A program made the position numbers and the translations under genes. Under the pieces are notes generated by a model. That model was not told the DNA's origin, did not search any database, and saw only the letters and a program-made list of their open reading frames with translations. A stretch of DNA of 64,000 nt from Selaginella moellendorffii (taxonomy: Eukaryota > Plantae > Lycopodiophyta): positions 799,325 through 863,324 of the forward strand of contig NW_003314292.1 of assembly GCF_000143415.4 (NCBI RefSeq), given 5' to 3'. This document shows, in pieces, positions 1 through 12,950 of this stretch. How positions within the stretch are numbered: position 1 is the stretch's first letter; every line of letters begins with the position of its first letter.

Positions 1-106
1 CTTGAAAGGCATCATCCGCCACGTCTAGAGCTTCCTGGATTGTTGCCTTGCACAAGGTTGTAACTTGCGTTAGATCAACAAAAACATTTTTTTTCAGGAA
101 ACTTAC

Positions 107-622
107 GTGCATGCTGTGCTCATCAGTGTAAGATGACCTTCATGCAATGGATTAAAATCACCGGAAGGAACGACCCTTCTGCCGGTTCTATAGTCTTTGC
201 TACCTGTATCACAACTTATGAAAAAACTAACCAGTGAGCAAATTTTGAAGTACCTTCACCAGGATAATCGACCATGGAGACATTTCCATGTATTAGCTGC
301 TTGAGCTCTTCATCCTTTGTGTAATTCAGCCTAGAATCTCAAATTTCTTCCTCAGGGCTCTTCAATTCTCCCGGTACCGTATTCCCAATCTCACAAACAT
401 CAACCATAGCCTAGACATAAATCAAAAGTTTGGGCAAACTAAAAAGCCTGGTCATAAAAATCATAACCTTGATCAGGAGCTGACTGGATAGACAATCCTC
501 TCCAAAACAATCTCTATATCCCTGGAGATGAGAAAAACAATCGATTAAATTTGTTGCTGTAAATACACAAGACTTGTGATCTCCTCGCTTGGGACTCCCA
601 GTCGTCAACGCACCAAAGTGCC
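107..622 (-). pseudogene. Fragment of a nucleotidylyl-transferase superfamily gene (HxGH cytidylyltransferase-like), spliced remnant with in-frame stop
   Basis: Minus-strand exon pieces translate as GALTTGSPKRGDHK..., QGYRDCFGEDCLSSQLLIK|AMVDVCEIGN...EEI*DSRLNYTKDEELKQLIHG and PSGDFNPLHEGHLTLM (HEGH motif, ~130-170). In-frame TGA at 341-339. The expected N-terminal exons are not recognisable upstream. Confidence 0.65.
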
Positions 623-1249
623 TGCACTACATTCCAAGAAAAAATCCGCTTACTCGATCAAGAAAAAACTATCTGCATGCAGCACAAGTTATTTATAAAG
701 CTTAAGAGCCGCCATCATTGAAAATTGTGGCTACGTTCAAGTGACATATTAGAGATGTTCCTAAGATATGATAAATGACAGTATACCTGACTTTCTCTAC
801 AAATGAGACCGTTCATGAGGAGACATGGATACCAATTGCTTCCAAATGCTTCCTTTCTATAATCTTCACCATTCTTCAATTTGAAAAAAAACTCCATAGT
901 GCTGGTTTCATTAGTCCTATATTTTATAAGCATTAGCATTGGAGTTCAAATTGACAGCAACAAAGAAAAGTTTACCCTGAGTGATTTAACAAATCCTTTA
1001 GCGAAGGGAAGTGGCCTCGGTATAGTTTTCTTCAGAATCTTCAGAATAAGAATCCAAAACCTACAAATGCAAAGAAGTCTCATAATACTGGAAATCCCAC
1101 CAAACTCTCATGTTTTTTAGAAAGGTTTTTACGATGCAGCAGATGAAATGTAATTCCCAAATGTAGCTGAAACGGATTCCTACACTTACGACATCAAACT
1201 AAAGCATAAGGAAGTTGGAGAAGAGTACCTGGTGTAGAACTACATTGCT

Positions 1250-2250
1250 GTGGCGATTTACTTGTTTTCTTGCAGTACCTGGCACTTGGTCTTGAAGAAG
1301 ATGACATGGGCGGAGCAAGAGCTACACTTGCTATGGACGCCATGATTGAAGCTAAGAGCCGGCAGGATTGGCTTCACTTGCGGCTCCTTGTGAATTCTCC
1401 ACACAGACGAGGCTGGCAGTGAAATCCCACTTCTGGGCGACAGCGCCGGCGAGGGCCTAGGGGTGCAGTTTAGTATCAAGCCTGACCCGAATCAGTTATG
1501 TGGAACTTTTTCTTACCACGCTAGAAGCCATTGGTCTTTTCCAGCAGCAGTGCGTCCACTCTCCTTGATGTGCATAGCAATTCGAGCTGCGGCCTCAAAC
1601 TCCAGATTCTTGAGCTATTGTGACAAGCTTGACACTGCTGTAGCTAGGGCAACGACATCTCGCAATGCCCTAGAAATCCCGCTCTCCCAAAAGCACCAGA
1701 TCCAATCTGTCACACTTTTTTTGCTAAATCTCACGATAACCCTAAATCTCACAATTAGGCTTTGGGCGATCCAAATTGGAGGTGCTGTGTCAACGCTGGT
1801 GTCTTTGCTCCTGAGAACCCCATCGCAAGTTGTTATTTGTGAGGAGTTCCATCAAAGCAAGGTATTTGTGGTGCATAGAATTTGTATGATCTTCATTCTT
1901 ACTCCACTGCCAGGAAATGGGACAAGGCGATTTAAGCTCTTAAATGCTTTGAAGCACATTCAGTCGGCACAGCCTTACGCACCTGGACGTGAAGCTTGAC
2001 CACATCTACATCTGCAATTGCCGCCACACGACGGGATGATCCTCCATTTGAGCTCGCAGATCTGAGGCGCCGCACTGCTCCACGAATTCCTGGGCTGATC
2101 AATTGGAGTGCGCGCCTCGCAAATCCCAATTTGGTGGACAAAACATGGCACTCGCAGTGAGGTAGAAAAAATGTAATTCTTGCGAGAAGACACTGTATCA
2201 GGTAACACACATCAATCTGCTCTTTTTTGGCATCACCCGATTGCATTGAA
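1250..2250 (-). pseudogene. Unidentified degenerate exon-like fragments
   Basis: GC-richer blocks bounded by splice-like sites, e.g. ~1517-1670 minus ALRDVVALATAVSSLSQ*LKNLEFEAAARIAM..., with an internal stop. No family recognised. Confidence 0.3.
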
Positions 2251-2352
2251 AAGGTTAGTTTTTATGCCTGTCCATACCCCTCAGTAAATATCTTTTGCTT
2301 TCTATCTGCCCTAATATCTGATCTCCATTTCTAAAAGAAACTGTTGAAAATA

Positions 2353-4841
2353 ATGTCACACCTTCGACATCTACTGAATGCTATTCGACACAGACATACA
2401 CATTCCACATACAATGATAATGTTGAAGACACTAACCAGCACCAGCATACATATAGCTTTTACAACAGTAATATTCAAGAGGATACAGAGTATCGACATC
2501 AAACAAATCTTAATAATCACACTGAACAACAGTCAATTTCCAATTCTTATTTGCCCCCTTCACCTCAGATTCGCAGCACATTTGCTAGCAATTACCTATA
2601 TAATGATACATCTGTTTTGACATTGAATATAGGTCCCTTATCATATATTTGTAAGTATTGTCATGCCTCACACTTTGCCGATGAGAACAAGTCTATTTGT
2701 TGTCAGAGTGGACAGGTCTACCTGCCTCCAATACTTCCATTACCACCTTTTCTGTATTCTGTATATAACTCACACAAACACTCTAATTTCAAGAGTAATA
2801 TAAGACAATATAATAGTGCACTTGCTTTTGCGTCTATGGGAGCTAGCATTGATACTTTTATGGGTCATGGTCTATACTGCTATAGAATTCATGGACAAAT
2901 CTATCACAAAATTATGCCACAACATCCTTCAATACATCAAAATCCAAGCTACAGTCAATTGTACATGCTAGACTCCAATGAGGCTACTGATATCAGAAAA
3001 CAAAACCCTTTTAACATTAACTGTGATTATAATTTACTATTTCAACTAGATACAATACTTCGATATATTAATCTATATGCACAAGCTTTTAGAATGATGT
3101 ATGAATTGGAACAAGAAAATCTTTCAAGAACTATTATTTTTGGTAGCAATTTACGTGGAGTTTATATATTTATTAAAAATGAAGGCACAGACCATCATCG
3201 ATATAATACTCCACAAACTAATGATGTTGCAATAGTTTTCCAAAGTGAAGATGGTGTGCCACCTTTTGACCGTGAAATATGCATTCATCCAAAATCATCA
3301 GAACCACAACATATATCTATTTTAAATGGTAATTGTGATCCTATGGTTTATCCATTACTTTTTCCACATGGAGATAGAGCCTAGCATGACAAGCTTTCTT
3401 CTAACAAGCATGTAACACTCCTTCAATATTATGCCTATCATTTGTCCAAAAGAGATTCAACATTATTAACCTCTACAGTTACATATGACCAAATTTTACA
3501 TGCTGGAAAACTCACCCAACAATATATTGTAGATGCCTATGTTAAAATTGAAAGAAACAATTTACAATACTATAGATCTAATCAAAAAAATATGAGAGTT
3601 GATTTTTATACAGGTTTGATGGATTATGTTGCTGGCAAAGCTGCTAATGCAAATGCTTGACCAGGAAAAATTGTTATTTTACCTTCTACTTTTACAAGAA
3701 ACCCAAGAGCTATGCAACAAAATTACCCAGATGCTATGGCAATTGTAACAAAACACTCAAAACTTGATATTTTCATAACTTTCACTTACAACCCTAAATG
3801 GCTTGAGATATTACAAAATCTGTACCTTAATGAAGGACTTGAAGACTAACCTGATTTAGTTGCTAGGGTTTTTAACATGAAGTTAAAATATTTTCTCCAT
3901 GATATTACACAAAATAATATCTTTGGAAGATGTATTGCATTTATATATGTCATTGAGTTCCAAAAAAGTGGTTTGCCACATTGTCATTTCCTAGGCATAT
4001 TAGATAATGAAAGTAAAATTAAAGACCGTGACACTATTGACTAATATGTATCTACTCAATTACCTGACCCTTTATCAGAGCCTGAACTATTTGAAATAAT
4101 CACATCACATATGATACATGGTCCATGTGGATTACTAAATCCTTAAAGTCCATGTATGGAAAACAAAAAATGTTCTAAAAACTATCCCAAAAACTTCAAT
4201 GACGGAACTACATATTGTGTGGATGGGTACCCAGAATATTTTAGGCCAAACAATGGTCGCACCTTCCTTAAAAATGATGTTCCAATTGATAACAGATGGA
4301 TTGTCCCATATAATAAATATTTATGTAAAAAATACAAAGCCCATATAAATATAGAAATATATGCATCAATTAAAAGTATTAAGTATCTTTTTCAATATGT
4401 TTATAAAGGATATGATTGTGCAACCATTCAAATCCAAACAGCTACTCAATCTGCAAACGTATTAAACTGGGATGAAATCACGAATTTTATAGATACCCGA
4501 TACATTTCAGCACCGAAAGCTATTTAGAGGATATTTAAATTTAAAATGCATGGATGCTCACACCCTATAATACATCTGCCCATACATCTTCCTGACTTCC
4601 AAAATGTGTATTTTATAGAAGGCTCGGAACACAATGCCTTGCAAAGAGCAGCACGTAATGGAACAATACTAGCAAAATGGTTCGAACTCAATATTCATGA
4701 TCTGAATGCAAGACAATATACCTACGTTGAAATACCTTTATATTATGTTTTCAATAAATCTGCTAATGTATGGCAACGTCGAAAAAAGAAAAAGGTTATT
4801 CCTCAACTATACTTAGTATCTCCTCTAAATACTGAATTGTA
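2353..4841 (+). pseudogene. Helitron RepHel, N-terminal part (Zn-finger-like region and HUH Rep domain)
   Basis: CKYCHASHF...CCQSG, NIRQYNSALAFAS, YRIHGQIYH, EFQKSGLPHCH (HUH, ~3955-3990) and SIKYLFQYVYKG (Y2 motif). Several in-frame stops. Confidence 0.93.
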
Positions 4842-6079
4842 TGTCGCGAATGTGACTTCAGGTATCGAAAGTTACTTGTCAGCCAATCCTTACGGACACT
4901 CTTACCTTACTGCCACGATGGCAGGAGGTCGGTATTGCTGGACCCGTTATCAGTCTCTGCCTAAGCTAGTTGAGAAACTGGTCCTCGCGTGTGCACTTGA
5001 CCAGATGAGCATAAGGAAGGAATTCCTAAGTGTCTATTTAGTCAAGCATACTTGACCTGGTTAGAGAAACTCATTCGTTGGCTTGCACTTGCTAGTGTTG
5101 GGAACCCCCGTGATATTGAGCTTGGTCCCTCAATATTCGCTAGATGATAGCTTACCATGTCTGCCAAACACCCTCGCTATCATGCCCTTTGTGTTAGTCT
5201 CAATTCGTCCTAGATGCTATTTATGGAAAGTGTCCAGATTTGCTCATTTGGCATATCTACAGAATGTAGAGATCGTCCTGAACACAATGGTGTTCATCCC
5301 GTGTCCAAATTCGCAAGCTAGGGACATTCCATATTTAGTAAGTTTTGAGCTTGTCCCAGAGACTAACTCCTGATATTAAGGGAGGCTTGGGGTGAAAGCC
5401 CAAAGCGTNNNNNNNNNNNNNNNNNNNNNNNNNNNNNNNNNNNNNNNNNNNNNNNNNNNNNNNNNNNNNNNNNNNNNNNNNNNNNNNNNNNNNNNNNNNN
5501 NNNNNNNNGCGGGGGGGGGGGGCTATGGGGGGTTCCAAATGTATAGTAGGGATAGTGGGTAGGTCGGGCATGGCCGACCAACCTGAGACATAGTCTAGCT
5601 CCCGCTTGCGTGCCTGTCCTTGTTCTGCGTCCGGCTTGGGTCTAAGCCCAAGTTCCATTCCATGCTAGCTGGTGGAGTACCCATATCCTCACGTTAGGCC
5701 ACCGGTATGCCGAAATAATGCTAGACTCCATTTGGCTCCGTTTTGCATGCTGGTCTTGGCATTGGGATGCTGGTTGCTCCAGGACTATTCCAAGTCGCTC
5801 CGGGCTCCTGTCCCTTCACTCCTTGGGCTATATGCTCGGGAGTTGCTCCGTGGTCCGGTTCCATCACTTCTTGGCGTCACGTTTGGGAGTTTGGCACCGT
5901 TCCTTCGTTCAGTGGCCCAAGGCCCTGAACCTTAGGTTCCTATGGACATGTGGCATGGACACGTGATATGTGACACGTGGCATCTATCACGTGGCACAAA
6001 GAGGGTTTAGGTTCCGCTTTGTGGTGTTATCCTATGGTAAATCACCATAGGATAAAGGGTCAAAACCACGTGCGCTACA
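4842..6079 (+). repeat. 5' LTR of LARD-like copy 1 (contains 100-N gap 5409-5508)
   Basis: TGTCGCGAATG...GTGCGCTACA; direct repeat of 13207-14352. Confidence 0.96.
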
Positions 6080-6872
6080 TTTGGTATCAAAGGATGAGTC
6101 TCAGCGAGTACTATTCAGTGAGATTGGGCAACTAGTGTCGTTGCATATGCAGAGATAAAAACGATGATCCGAGTGGGTACACGTTTTGGTGCAAAGACTT
6201 CACATTAGTTCCTTGGGATAGGTTTTGGTTACCTTTTTGTTCCATATTATGTGAGCTTGCTCTTGGGCTCATAGGGTGGACTGAGTTGTTCCGGTAGCAC
6301 GAGTTTAAGCTTGAGCTCGTGAGTGAGGCACATTAGCAACTCGAGGTTACACTTTGAGTTGGCAGGATTAATGTTAGCCTATCGGTGGTTCCATGAGTTG
6401 TTCCATGTACCATGGGTGAAAGTAAACTTTCCCTGAGTTTGCTATGAGTGGCAAATAGGCTGGTCCGTAGCTGTTTAGCACAGCACTAGTGGATCCTTCC
6501 TAGGCATGATTATAATTGGATCAATCAAGACTGTAGGGAATAGTCTATTGGTTCAAGTAATCATAGCCGTGCTCTCTCATAAACTTTTCTTCAATTGAAC
6601 TGAAGGCAGTGCGAAAGCAAGCTTGAGGTTTGGTCAAAAGATGAGACCGAAGAGAGAGTCATTCGGGACGGAGGATCAAATATGTAAATCATTTTCTCTT
6701 CTTGGAGAGATGATTTGCAACGAGGTGTTAACTCATTGCTTGTGTTCACATTATGCAATCAAGAGTCCCTACCTTGATGCATGTTGGAAGTGATGGTCTT
6801 ACAAGTGGTGAGTTATGGGATGGATAGTGGTGAAACACTAAACCATTTTGTCTAGGCTCGCTATTGGAAGAC

Positions 6873-7463
6873 TCCCGGGAAGTTTGGACTTCCCAGGAGG
6901 TCACCCAGCCTAGTACTATTCAAACCCAAGGACACTTAACTCCAAGTATCCCAAGACCCTTAACCGATTGGAAAAGGGGGTGCACTCTTGTTCATGGGCC
7001 CTTTCCCTCTATATTTGAACCTCTATGGATCGTCTCTCAAGTCGTTCCCTTTGGTTGCTTACAATCCACCACGCTTCCCTGCAAGTTCACGCCCTCGTGA
7101 ACGGAAGCTGAGAGCCGCAGCTCTCCCGAGAGCCCCGCTCTCTTGACACCCTACCCCTCGGGTCGAGCCTAGCAGGAGCAAACTGGACCAGCCAGATGTC
7201 AATCAACATGTGGTGTGATTCCCCTAGCCAACCAATAGAGTCGGACCTGAGACCTCTCTGATACCAAATGTAAACTCCTGAGTTTGGACTTCCCGGGAGG
7301 TCACCCAGCCTAGTACTATTCAAACCCAAGGACACTTAACTCCAAGTATCCCAAGACCATTAACCGATTGGAAAAGGGGGTGCACTTTTGTTCATGGGCC
7401 CTTTCCCTCTATATTTGAACCTCTATGGATCATCTCTCAAGTCGTTCCCTTTGGTTGTTTACA
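6873..7463 (-). mobile_element. Cassandra-type TRIM (5S rRNA-derived LTR segment), copy 1, nested in the LARD interior
   Basis: LTRs at 7269-7463 (195 bp) and ~6881-7063 (outer end damaged). PBS TGGTATCAGAG on minus at 7266-7256. Interior ~205 bp. LTR segment 6941-6886 matches plant 5S rRNA nt ~50-105 at 49/56 against a recalled consensus. Confidence 0.92.
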
Positions 7464-10400
7464 TTGGGTTGCAATGCTCAATTCCTTTCTGGGGAACCTT
7501 GCTATTGCTCCTTGAGTAGCTTGGTTTTGGATTAGTTTTGAGATTGGTCGGAAAGAGAGTGGCATGAGCTTGTCTGTGTTGTGAATAAAAGTTAATGACA
7601 TTGGGTGTTGTAAATCTCTATCGGTGGAGTGTGGCATTTATGTTGCATTTTGTCGAATTGAGTTGGCACTTGATATTCACATAAACTTTTGAAGTAATGA
7701 CATGGGCATTGCTCATAGTGTTGCTTGATTAACGATCAAGTCATTGGGATTTATATCATATCTATGTGATAATGAGCAATGTGTTTACGAAGTTGCTTGG
7801 GTAAATGATGATCAACCCCAAAGTGGTTGATGGAGAAGCTAGTCTACTTGCACGAAGTAGCATTGTAGTAGCTTTGACAGGATTCTCGATGGTGGTCCAT
7901 TATGCTAAGCTTAAGTTGGTACCTTGTTTCCTTGAGTTTGCCCATTAAGTGTTGGAAAAGGGTTATAGCATTTATTTGCTATGGCTTGTTGGTTGATCCG
8001 TTAGCACTTGGAGTAGATTGTTGGATGGAGAAGATGTGTAGTTGGGGCATTGACATCACTAGCACTTGTGTTAGTGGAGGTGGCATTGTTATTTCAAGTG
8101 ATGAGGAATTTTCCTTGGACCTTGATTTTCCATGTCATTTTTCTTGTTAATGTTTTGGCTTCACATTGGATCTTGAAGGTGATTGAAGAAGAGTGTTAGT
8201 GCAATGTGGATATCCGAAGATGTGGTCTTCGTGATCAAGCCTTGGGTGTTCACTTTGCACTTTGTGGATGTCAGTGTTGGATGTCGATTATATGGGCAAA
8301 GATGTTCGATACTTAAGTATATTCTTGGATCATGAGAATTTGTGTTGAGGTGAACCTATGTGAAATTGTTGGTAGGAGGTTGAGTCTTGAAAGTTTGCAA
8401 TCCTGGACTGAGAGTCATTCTTTCTCTAGGATGGAAAATTTTCCACAAATTTTCTTAGACTTTTCCAATGGCTGATCTATTGATCACTTTGCTCGAAAAC
8501 CATTCCGTTTTCATAAGCCAGTACAAACTAGTGAAGGGGTTGGAGTTGACTTTAGTTAACTTAGACCCTGATAGGTAGTTTGTATAATGCGGCCCGAAAG
8601 GGATGCTGACTTTTGGGGCTAAAACAATTGAGTTGGATAGAGTCTAGAGTTGATATAGAAAAGTGGCCGTTGCACTTTTCTCAGAAAGGTGACCCTTGTA
8701 CCTTTCTTTTGTAGCGTTATGCTTGGTGGTAGGTTGCACCTTGCATTACGTTAGACTCTATGAGAGTAGTGAGCTCTCACTGATCTTGACTTGGTCTTGG
8801 TGGCCCTGCGCCTTGGCTGAGGATGGTGATGTCCAATTTAGTTGTTTGAGGTTGCGATGTTGGTACCCGTACTATAGCTTTGTCTATGAGGAAGTTGTGT
8901 ACCAATATGAGTCCATCTCATAGTCTTCACTTTAGTTTCGACTGAGTGTTGATCATGCATAGCTAGCCTCTTCAAGGCATGCTCAGAGCTATTGACTAGG
9001 TGTGTTAGTGAGCTTATCACAGTTGAGTTGGATTTGAGTGGTCATTTAGTTTGTGCTTATCTGTGAACTTTTATCTCATACCTGGGGTATTATGTTTATG
9101 TTGGATAAGTATGTGACTTGATGACAAGAGTTGGTGTTTGGGTCTTGTGAACGCAAGTTGAGGAGTGATTGTTAGTTGTTTTGCGACTAGTGATTACTTG
9201 TAGACTTCATCAAGGACCGTTGACACTTGCTTTGTTCGATGATGATTTAGCAGTGATGGGCTTGCTTTACCGGATAGTGTTGCGGAGGATCGTGTCGTTA
9301 GACTTGCATAGGTTTCCTATGTTAGTATATCGATTCTATCTCTGTCGATATCATTTGGTTACGTTTAGTCCGTGGTGTTGGATTTCATTGAGTCTTGGAT
9401 GTGGTGATTCACTCTTTGATGAAATGTTATCTGTAACTGAGTATTGCTGAAGGATTGGTCTCGGATACTAAGTATAGTATCTTCGACTTTGGTTAGCTTG
9501 GTTGCTGGAAAGCTTCGAGTGGTGATTCACTCTTGCTTTCTTCTAGCTTTATCCTGATGTTGATGGCATTGAAGTGATGCTTTGTCATTGATATTATTGA
9601 TATTGAGATCTGAGTGAAATGAGATATCCTTCCAAGGATTGATATTGAGTTTCATTAGTCTTGATGAATATAGTGTTGATAATTTGGCTATAGCTTTGTG
9701 TTGTTGGCATTCGTGCATTTGCTAGTTAGCAACTGTGTTGACGCTCAAACGAACTGAGTGGCAAGTTGAGTTAGTTGTGTTCTAGACGAGATTATTTAGT
9801 AGAGGGTTGAGCTTTAGCTTTTCCTTGAAAAGTGATTTAGTCGTGGATTATGCTAACTCTACAAGAGGAAGAGTTAGTGATCGATATTAGAATGTTGAAT
9901 CCTTATGGATTTCAGTTGGGATATATCGATCATTGATGATTTTTCTTGTGCTTGTTGTGAGGTGAGTTACGTCTTGCTGTAGATGGATTCATGGAGGATT
10001 GATTAGATGATCACTTGTTGAGCATAGCTCCATTGTGCTTAGCTTTTGGATTGATGCAGACATGCTCTTCATTAGTTTTGCATTATGAAGTTTAACTTAT
10101 GGATGTGTTGAGGAGGATGTTGTGGGTTATACCATGATTTCTTCTTTAGCATTGAAGTTAGTTCGTATGAGACTTGTGATCATTATAGACAAAGACTTAG
10201 CTATAGACTTCTTTGAGCTTTTGGTTCTTTGAGTTTTTATACTCATTGTTCCATTTGTTAGAAGTTGTTGGGGAAGGCATTTTGGCTCTTAGCTTCGATG
10301 TTGAAGTTAGTATTTGCATTTAGCAATCATTGGAGATGATTGACTATCATTTAGGATAGTTTATTATCATTGTCAAAAAGTTTTGCTTGATTATTGTTGG

Positions 10401-12538
10401 TATAGAATGATTTGCCGTTCTTCGGGATGGTGGATTCCTTCTTAGATGATGATTATGCATCTTTTTATTGATAGGATGATTGATGATCTTTCATGATGGT
10501 TAGTTGTTCTCTTTGATGGCTTATGGCTTTTTGCAATACCACATATTCTTTGTGGTTTGCTTTGGTTTGGTCTCTTGGATTTGAGACATCAGTAGGATGT
10601 TGCTGATACTTGCTTAGGCAACTTGAGTTCCTTGGTGTTATTGGCTGGGATCTATCCGAATTGGCTAATGCAATGGTTGATATGAATAAGCGTTTGTTTG
10701 CTTTGCCGCATTCATTCTGTTCTGTTAATTATTGCTTGAGTTAGTTCTGATAGTTTAAGATGTTATTTCCTTCGGGTGATACATTCGCGAGCATTATGCT
10801 TGTTAGTCAATGATACTTTGTATTCTTTGAGTTGTGTTTTGTGAGTTGTTTGGCATGCTCTCTGCCATTTTGATAGTTAAGTTTCATCATTGAGTTTCCT
10901 TGATGATCTCCTTGCTATTGAATTTTGTTGGATGGTGATTCCTATGTTTACCAATTATAATGATCTTGGTGGTTCCTATACTATAATACTAGTTTATCGG
11001 ATGATAACTTATTTGGAATACATTTGTGTTCTCATCTAAGCTTTATTCACTGATAATTACATCTCTAAGATATTATTGTTTATGACTTTGATATAGTCCC
11101 TATATATTGATCTTTGAGTTTGGGCTAGTATAGGCAAACTGGCTTCAGCACTTTGTGTGCATGTTGCAATCTCTAGTCATGGGGTAGCTACTGTCGACTG
11201 GTCACATCACCCGCCTCTTTGTCGATGTTCCTTATTTTGTTGAAAGGGCGTGACCGTGTAAACAACTCTAACTGCCTGTTTACAGTAGTCTATCTAAACC
11301 TTACCAACGGGTTTGGTTTCTTTGCTCAGGAGGGTTTGGGCCTCTAGCTTCTCTCTCTATGTCCCTGCGGGCAGGGCGTATCACACTTTTGTAGCTGGGT
11401 GACACCCAGAGTAGCAAGGGTGGCTGACTTCGTTGGTCATTTCCTTGTCGGCGACGGCCGGAAGGTGTTTGAGCTGGTAGCGCATCCGTGTTAGACAAAG
11501 AGGTTTCCCCCTTAACTCATTTAAGTTGGTGCATTTCTCACATAGTGTGAGTACCGTGAACTTTTTCTGGAGTTGTTTCCTTGGCGGTATTCTAGACTCG
11601 AGTATGCATCAACGAGGATGTCGATCTTCCTGTAGGCGACTAAAATTTTCCATTCTACTTTAGTCACTTAACCACACCTCTGACCACTTGGAGGAGTCTC
11701 ATTCACAACCTCCATAAGTCCAATCCAGGACTTGGGACTTGCTAGCCCCGAGAATGGCATCCATGCCACTCAACATTTGCACTTGGTCCAAGTGCTCCAC
11801 GTGTCCGATCCCATGACCGACACTCAAAGGTGCCACCGACATAGCAGCCCGTTACGCTAAGGCCATGCCCAATCACCTTTGCCACACTGGTAGTCCAATA
11901 CCACTTGCATCACAGTCTTGGCTCTCCAAGACTAGGCAAACCATCCCTGAGTGGTCATCTCAGATCCACTCTTTAGCATCCTTAGGATGCCCACTGACAA
12001 GGGGAATAGCCTTCCCCAATATCCCTCTGTCAGTCCCCACTAAGTCCCTTTCTGCCCCTGGTCGTGTTTGCCAACACTGCCACTAGATCGAGACCCACAG
12101 GCCCGACCACTAAGTCCCACAGTCCTCTGGGACTTCCTCACCACACGATTGTGTCCTTGGTCACTACCCCAGAGGACTGCTCCTCTTCCTTTCCACAGTC
12201 TGGGCCTTTGGGACAACATTTCGGAACACCGTGGCCTTACGCGAGCCACCTGGGTACTCTCCTCGCCTTCTGCCCTTGGGTGCTCTAGCCATGGGCTTAG
12301 AGTGGGTTCCGTTGAGCCACACCAGGTATCCAAGTAGGTAGTGCCACCCACACTTGGATTGGGAGCATCGGCCAGTCGATCTCCCGGGGGAACTAGAGCC
12401 GGCTCTTGAACACTTCACCAAGCTACCCCGCTTGTCGATCTGTGTTCACTCTAGTCTTGGACTTCCCAGTGGGCAGCTCATCACCCAACACTGGGTCTGG
12501 CCTTCCTGGGCCAAACTAGCCTTTCCTGGCCAAACTGG

Positions 12539-12950
12539 CTCGGTCTCGGCCTAGGCCTCGGTCTCATTCTCGGTCTCGATCTCGGTCTCGGTCTCGGTCT
12601 CGGTCCCGGTCTCGGTCTCGACTTCGGACTCCATTTCGGACTCCATCTCGGACTCCATCTCGGACTCCATCTCGGACTCCATCTCGGACTCCATCTCGGG
12701 TCCATCTCAGACTCCATTTCGGGTCCATCTCGGACTCCATCTCGGGTCCATCTCGGACTCCATCTCGGACTCCATTTCGGGTCCATCTCGGGTCCACCTC
12801 AGACTCCATTTCGGACTCCATTTCGGGTCCATCTCGGGTCCATCTCGGACTCCACTTCAGACTCCAACTCGGGTCCATCTCGGACTCCACTTCGGACTCC
12901 AACTCGAGTCCATCTCGGACTCCACTTCGGACTCCAACTCGAGTCCATCT
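12539..12950 (+). repeat. Compound tandem-repeat array upstream of the PPT
   Basis: (CTCGGT)n at 12539-12620, then 12-bp CTCGGACTCCAT mixed with 11-bp CTCGGGTCCAT, then three 35-bp units at 12844-12948. Confidence 0.95.

Noticed and set aside
5409-5508. ~90-bp insertion in the 5' LTR
   Set aside because: This is a 100-N placeholder next to a poly-G run. The 3' LTR shows that only about 10 nt are missing.
5570-5581. 12-nt match ATGGCCGACCAA between the LARD LTR and the Gypsy PBS/gag start (53241)
   Set aside because: It is not conserved in the other two LARD LTRs and is likely chance.
4546-5966. Short ORFs repeated at 12950-14283 as genes
   Set aside because: They lie in LTRs, mostly lack ATG starts and are disrupted in the third LTR copy.
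6886-6941. 5S rRNA gene
   Set aside because: Only nt ~50-105 are present, embedded in LTRs. The 5' half and terminator of a true 5S gene are absent.
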